A stretch of 64,000 bases of DNA from Octopus vulgaris (lineage: Eukaryota), in NCBI GenBank assembly GCA_951406725.2, contig OX597827.1:43958001-44022000 (forward strand), given 5' to 3'. The first letter of the stretch is position 1. Each line of letters starts with the position of its first letter. Below the pieces are notes generated by a model. It made no database searches. It saw only the letters and a list, made by a program, of their open reading frames with translations, and was not told the DNA's origin. Position numbers and translations under genes: made by a program. Shown here in pieces: positions 57,775-64,000 of this stretch.

Positions 57775-60446
57775 CCAAATTTACATTAAATCTGGGATTT
57801 TGAAGTTAGTTTTGGCAGCAAACTTATCTTTTAAAGAGAATTCGGTGTCATACTCTTTGTATGCAATATGTACCAAAGTTGCACCTCTTCTAATACTTGG
57901 TAAATTTTCTATATATCATCCATAATCTTCTCACATAATAAATTTATCGATACAAATATTGTATATGACGTAATTACCTATCGTACGCGTTCATTATTTG
58001 TTTATACTTGTATCATCCCAGGCAACAACTAGTTACAACGCGATGGTGGCCGCTTGTAAACTTGTCTGAAACTCTGACACCACCGGTTGACAGTTTGGCT
58101 GTGTTGATGGTGTACGCTTCGTTTGTTACTAGCGAATTAAAACTTGCTTGACAATATTTTGAGTGAGTGTTTTTGTTTTATAATCCTTTGCGAAGTAATA
58201 GCAGACAAATGTATGTCCAAAAAGAGGAAGTGGTACACCCAAAATTTCAAAAACTCATGGTTGGAGGATGCCGAGCTTAAAAATTGGTTACGCCATGATG
58301 AAAGAAAATATTGACACCTGCCACTGCGTTTGTTGCGACGTTGTATTGCAAAATGCTAATAAATCAATGCTGTTAGCTCATAAAAACACTGCCAAACTCA
58401 AGAAAGCTTTCGATTGTGCGAAAACTTCTATTAAATTAGATTCATTTATTGTTAAAAAAAAAAGATGATACATTAAATGAAACAGTAATTAAGGCAAACT
58501 TGCTTCTAACAGGTTATCTTGCTGAACATCACATACCTTTCATCCATGAAATTTGTAAAAAGACCTTTACCGATAGTGAAATAACTAAAAATCTACAAAT
58601 GAGAAAAACTAAATTAACATACATTATGCTAGACGGAATTGCACATTATCAACGAAATGAAATCTTGGAAATTTTCAAGAAACAAAAGTTTTCATTATTG
58701 AGAGATGAGAGTACGGGCATCTCAGTGACACAAATCTTAGCAATAGTTGTTCGCTTTTTTGATGAACAATCGCTTAATGTCAAGGATGCTCTTCTGGATA
58801 CAATTATAGTAGAAAATGGTTCGTCTCAGGGTTTGTATGATTCTATCAAGTCTACGCTTACAAAAGAAGATGTATCTATGAGCAACATACTTGCATTTTT
58901 CCAGCGATAATAGCTCAACAATGACGGGTGGCAAGAGCGGGTTTCAAAAGTTATTGAGAAACGATATTCCAACTGTATTTACAATATGCTGTGTTTGCCA
59001 TTCGTTTGCACTTTGTTCAAGTCATGCAGTGAAGGTGTTACCTTTGTATCTCGAGTCCTTTTTAAAGAACTTAACTTCTTACTTTTCTCGAAGTAGCAAA
59101 CGTTAAAATGACTTCAATATGATACAAAGTGTTGCTGGCACAAAAGAAAACAAGATTCCAAAGCTTTCACACACTGGATGGTTGTCGCGTGAAAATGTAA
59201 TTAACGTTATAATAGAACAGTGGGATGCCCTTGTACTTTATTTTCAGTCAGAGGCTAAAGTTGAGAAAGTGGACGGAGCAAAAAGGATGTATGAAAATGA
59301 TTAACAAAGGGGCGAAGCAGATGCTGCTCTTCTTATATTATATATTAAAGAAAGTAAAAGCTCTTAATGTCGAGTTTTAATCGGAACACTTTTGACTGCA
59401 TCTGTTGCATACACTCGTAACCAGTGAATATAAAAGTATCTTTAGCTGCTTTATAAAAGAGAATGTTTTAGCTGTATCTAAATTATCAGATATTGATCTT
59501 AATAACACAACAAATCACAAAGATATGATTGATATTTACTTCGGTGGATGTGCAATGAGATATCTAGAACAAAACCCCCATCGTTGGTGACTCAGCTAGA
59601 TTCAAAACCGATTGCAAACATTTTTTAATAGAATTATGCTCTCATATAAAAATGTGCTTTTCTCCCGATGAAAGCTGGAGTGCTTACTCTTTTAGAAATA
59701 CTTGATCCAAAAGTAACACGCGGTCTCACTAACTCTCCTCAATTAATAATTCCTTTGTCATCAAACTTTCTAGCAATCGCAAAGAAAACATACTTGATGA
59801 ACTAGACGATGAGTGAAGATTTTTTTCGGTAATATAAAGATATTCCTGTTGCCTCAAAAAGCTTCCCTGAATTCCAGTATTCCATACGCAATCTTAAAGA
59901 CGGGCTTGACCAGTCTAAATTTGAGAGGCTGTCACAATTCATGACTAATTTAACGGTATTGCATCATTCATCAGCGTGCGTGGATCGCATATTTTCCCAA
60001 GTAAGTTGTACAAAGACAAAGTTCACTAATAGGTTGAAGGCCGAAACGATTACCGATCGTCCACTCGCTAAACAAGCAATTACAAGAAAGGGAGCGTCAT
60101 GCATTTCTTGAGAGCCGAACGCTAAACTTATTAAAGATGTGGAGAGTGGATGGGTCTTGTCACCGTTGATATACGAGTAGATTGAACTTCAAAAAGGAAG
60201 AAAATATAGTTATCACCATTGAAGAAGTGAATGAAGATGATGTGGATGTGTACGAAATTGACAATTAGCTGCCATATGATATAAAGTAAGTATTAAATTC
60301 TGGATTCATTTTGTCATATAACATATTTTATCAAGGAATGACCATTTTTATACCTGTTTTCTAACATTTGGGTTTATAAAATAGGATCTGAGTTTTTCGC
60401 AGCAAATAATCTGGGTGTTTTATTACTTGATGAGTGGCAACCCTGG
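57775..60446 (+). mobile_element. hAT DNA transposon with a full-length but decayed transposase (about 58212-60270)
   Basis: MSKKRKWYTQNFKNSWL..CHCVCC..H (zinc finger), FSLLRDESTGIS, SDNSSTMTG, CVCHSFALC, TGWLSR and HSSACVDRIFSQV..NRL (hAT dimerisation domain). The right TIR GTGGCAACCCTG (reverse complement CAGGGTTGCCAC) is visible; the left TIR is not. Confidence 0.88.
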
Positions 60447-60609
60447 TGATATATAGATAGATAGATGGATATGTAGGGTGGGGGAGGAGACTGATAGACA
60501 GATAGTTAAATAGACTGACTGACAGACAGACAGACAGACAGACTGACTGACAGAATGACAGACAGACAGCGACAGAAATAGATAGACAGACAGATAGATA
60601 GACAGATAA

Positions 60610-60692
<83 letters not shown>

Positions 60693-60749
60693 TATCGAAT
60701 ACAGTTATTTCTAGATTTATTATACCTGATTAAAGTGGAGGAGGTCACA

Positions 60750-61430
60750 GCTGAAAACTTCTTGATGGTAGGTCTACTGGATTTATCTGGAAACTAAGCA
60801 GTGGATAGACCTCTATGGAATGTTCGGTGGCGTTTTGCAGCTGATCGAGATCGTGGCCGTCCACTCGCGACCGAGAAAGACCATTGCTGACCTTCAAGAA
60901 CATAGTGCGCTCTAGGATTAACTTATATTTTGCATTTGCGGCTCCGTTGGTGGCTAATGAGCCCTGCTCTTGACAAGCATACACAACTGCAAACATTGCA
61001 AACCAAGCTCTTCCCATTCACTACACCAGCAATGCGCTTTCGAGCAGCACGCTTAAGTTCTCAATGCAGAATACGTTCTCTCACAAAGGTGTCAACTCCC
61101 TCCTTATCCTGTCTCCTCCATCTGTGGTGATGACAGGCATTGTTCTCCCAGTCAGTCTCCTGTACATCACAGGTCTTTAATCAGGCCTTGAGACAGTCCT
61201 TAAATCGCAGCCTTGGTTTCTGTCGGGGTCTCTTTCCATTCACAAGTTCCCCATATAGCATCTGCTTAGGGACCCTGCTATCCTTCATTCTAATAAGGTG
61301 TCCAGTCCAACGTAACCGGTGCTTGTGCACCATCGCCTCAATACTCAAGATATCAGTTGTTCTCAGGACCTGTGTGTCTAGAGTTTTTAAGGTCCAGCCA
61401 ACATTCAAAATGCGCCAGAGATGTCTCAGA
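60750..61430 (-). pseudogene. RTE-clade LINE 3' fragment
   Basis: SIEAMVHKHRLRWTGHLIRMKDSRVPKQMLYGEL..GKRPRQKPRLRFKDCLK, followed by a C2H2-like CNVCSCVCLSRAGLISHQR. Confidence 0.88.
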
Positions 61431-61570
61431 TATACATATTCATATGTACGTCTTTACATACACACACACACATACATACATGCATACGTTGTATGTGTGT
61501 GTGTTCGTGTATAAATAAATATATAGACTATGACACCCACACTTGTATGTGTGCATGTATGTATATAAGA

Positions 61571-61613
<43 letters not shown>

Positions 61614-62021
61614 TGTCTGTGTGTGAGTGTGGGATTTTCTGTGTCAGTATAAGAGTATTAGTTTTGCTGTTGTTGTTAATACTGAGAGTGAGACTGATTT
61701 GCACTTGGTGATGTTTGATTTCATTATATTTCTACAATTCTATTTTATTTTATTTTATCGTTCTTATTTTTTTATTCCTTCTCTAGTTTAGTTTTGTTTC
61801 CCATGTTTTTGGTGCACTCTGTAAGTGTGTTAACTGTCTAGACAAGATTCACTAGTGCACACGATAAGGTCAGCAAAGATGGCCGACTTTACACATCGCA
61901 GACGTGTTTATTACGACATGTCGGTGGTAATTTTTCTTGATTTCGATACAGTGATCGAGCATTATACAAAAAAAAAAAGATATCGTTCAGGAATATAAGA
62001 ACAGCAAAAAACATAAAATAA

Positions 62022-62090
<69 letters not shown>

Positions 62091-62622
62091 TTGAGTTGGC
62101 TAAAATGAAAGAAAAGAAAATTGAATATAAAAATCCTTCCTCAAAAAGGAGAAAACTGCTTATGTCGAAATGTAAGTAGGTGTGTAAATACATACATACA
62201 CACGCACATACATACATAAATACAAATACATACATACATACATACATACATACATACATACATACATACATACAAGGAATAAATAAAGATATATATATAT
62301 ATATATATATGCGCACATACTGATATAAGCTATATATGCATGTAGTAATACGCGTGTAAGTGTGCGTATATCTGTGTATTATATGTATTGAATAAATGAG
62401 AAAGTTAGAGAGAAAAATACAGGAACCTAGCGAGAGGGAGGGAGGGAGAAAGAGCTAGAGAAATATATATAGGCAATACTGAGGGAACATAAGCTGTAAA
62501 ATGAAGGAGCATAAATAACAGAGAAACAATTTAAAGAAAATCTTTGAAGAAAACGCTAAATGAAGTATATGACAGTGACTAGAACGATAATAATAATGAT
62601 AATAATAATAATAATAAAAATA

Positions 62623-62753
<131 letters not shown>

Positions 62754-63053
62754 AATCGGTGAAGAGAAAGGGAAGAGTGCAAAAGTTGTGGGGGTGTTAG
62801 GAGGATACATTAGCAGACGTTGGTGACGTTGAAGAAGGAAGACAACAGCGAGAAATAAAACTTTTTTTCAGAAGAAAATAAAGTAAAAATGAATTAAAAA
62901 TTACTGATACTAAGAGAAAAAATTATGAGCGAATGAAAAAGAAAGAAACAAAGAAAGAGGGTAAGGAAAAAAGAAAGGAAGAAAGGGAAAAGAAAAAAGA
63001 AAGAAAAAGGGGTGAGAAGGAAACAGAAGTAAAGAAAATGTGAATAGAAATTA

Positions 63054-63164
<111 letters not shown>

Positions 63165-63228
63165 GAGTTAGAAAGAGAAAGAAATAGATGAATAGGCAGA
63201 TGCACACAGATAGATGATAGATAGATAA

Positions 63229-63288
<60 letters not shown>

Positions 63289-63295
63289 ATAGATT

Positions 63296-63389
<94 letters not shown>

Positions 63390-63589
63390 TAAAGAGAGAG
63401 AGAGAATGGTTGATCAACTAGAGCAGGGAACTGTTTCTGGTAGTAACAATACCTATAAATGTAGACGGTCACGCAATGCCTTCACCAACCTGTATACTTA
63501 TAATTATTCACAAGAGACAACGAACAACGATAACGCTTTCTGATTTAGGCGTAACGCCAGCATTTTTGATGAGAAAACCCATAGGTATT

Positions 63590-64000
63590 ATGATCTCTTC
63601 AATACCCCAAATATTATGGTCAGATAGGTACTCTTGCTGAAACACACACCTACAAACACACATCTAACACAGCCTTTTATTAACGCCTCAACCTGTAACT
63701 TTCGAAATTCTACCAATTGCCCACTAGGAGTATCCTGCCCCCAAAGTCTGTATTCTAAAGAAATATCTTCACACCATCCGATGACATCGCAAGGTACTAT
63801 ACGGACATAATAGCCAACCAATGATTTTATGGGAATGTAAACACAGCACATATATTCCTTCAGGTCCAGCGATAGGGAAAATCTACTCCTCTGTCCAGCA
63901 TCTTCTGGAGAATCCGCAACCATCGGAATGCCTAGCAAATTTGAAATGGAATGTCCCTGTCAGGGCCCCCACTTTACTCACTCTGGGACTCAGAATTGCC
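63590..64000 (+). pseudogene. Decayed Penelope-like element linker plus GIY-YIG endonuclease fragment, running off the window edge
   Basis: With frameshifts it reads TCNFRNSTNCPLGVSC..ARYYT..HIYSFRSSDRE..STPLSSIFWRIR..LKWNVPVRAP..GTQNC. This resembles the PLE consensus CNCR....CPL.G.C..YIG..H..SF....T.LSKYIW.LK...W....A....C. Confidence 0.7.

Noticed and set aside
63588-63938. 116-aa minus-strand ORF
   Set aside because: It is the antisense shadow of the plus-strand Penelope-like endonuclease remnant.

Overview
This is a eukaryotic, AT-rich window dense in microsatellites ((TA)n, (CA)n, (GATA)n, (TACA)n, (TAA)n). Its repeat content most resembles a coleoid cephalopod (Octopus-like) intron or intergenic region; that assignment is an inference. 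Most of the supplied ORFs are microsatellite artefacts. Recognisable content: mariner-derived MITEs; decayed Chapaev3-like and hAT transposases; LINE fragments (CR1-group, R4/Dong-type RLE LINEs including a young one inserted in (TAA)n, RTE); a Penelope-like GIY-YIG fragment; four tRNA-derived SINE families; and one fairly convincing minus-strand host exon (45142-45299). The most striking signal is a set of type I hammerhead ribozymes with canonical cores (CUGAUGA...GAAA), palindromic minimal stem III and unusually long stem II (26222-26312, 42352-42433, plus degenerate copies). Several sit in short non-coding palindromes next to (TA)n tracts and share a motif (CTAGAAATAGCAGTCAAA). Together these suggest a family of non-autonomous, TA-microsatellite-associated Penelope-like or retrozyme-like elements. 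No searches or folding programs were run; all calls are by eye.
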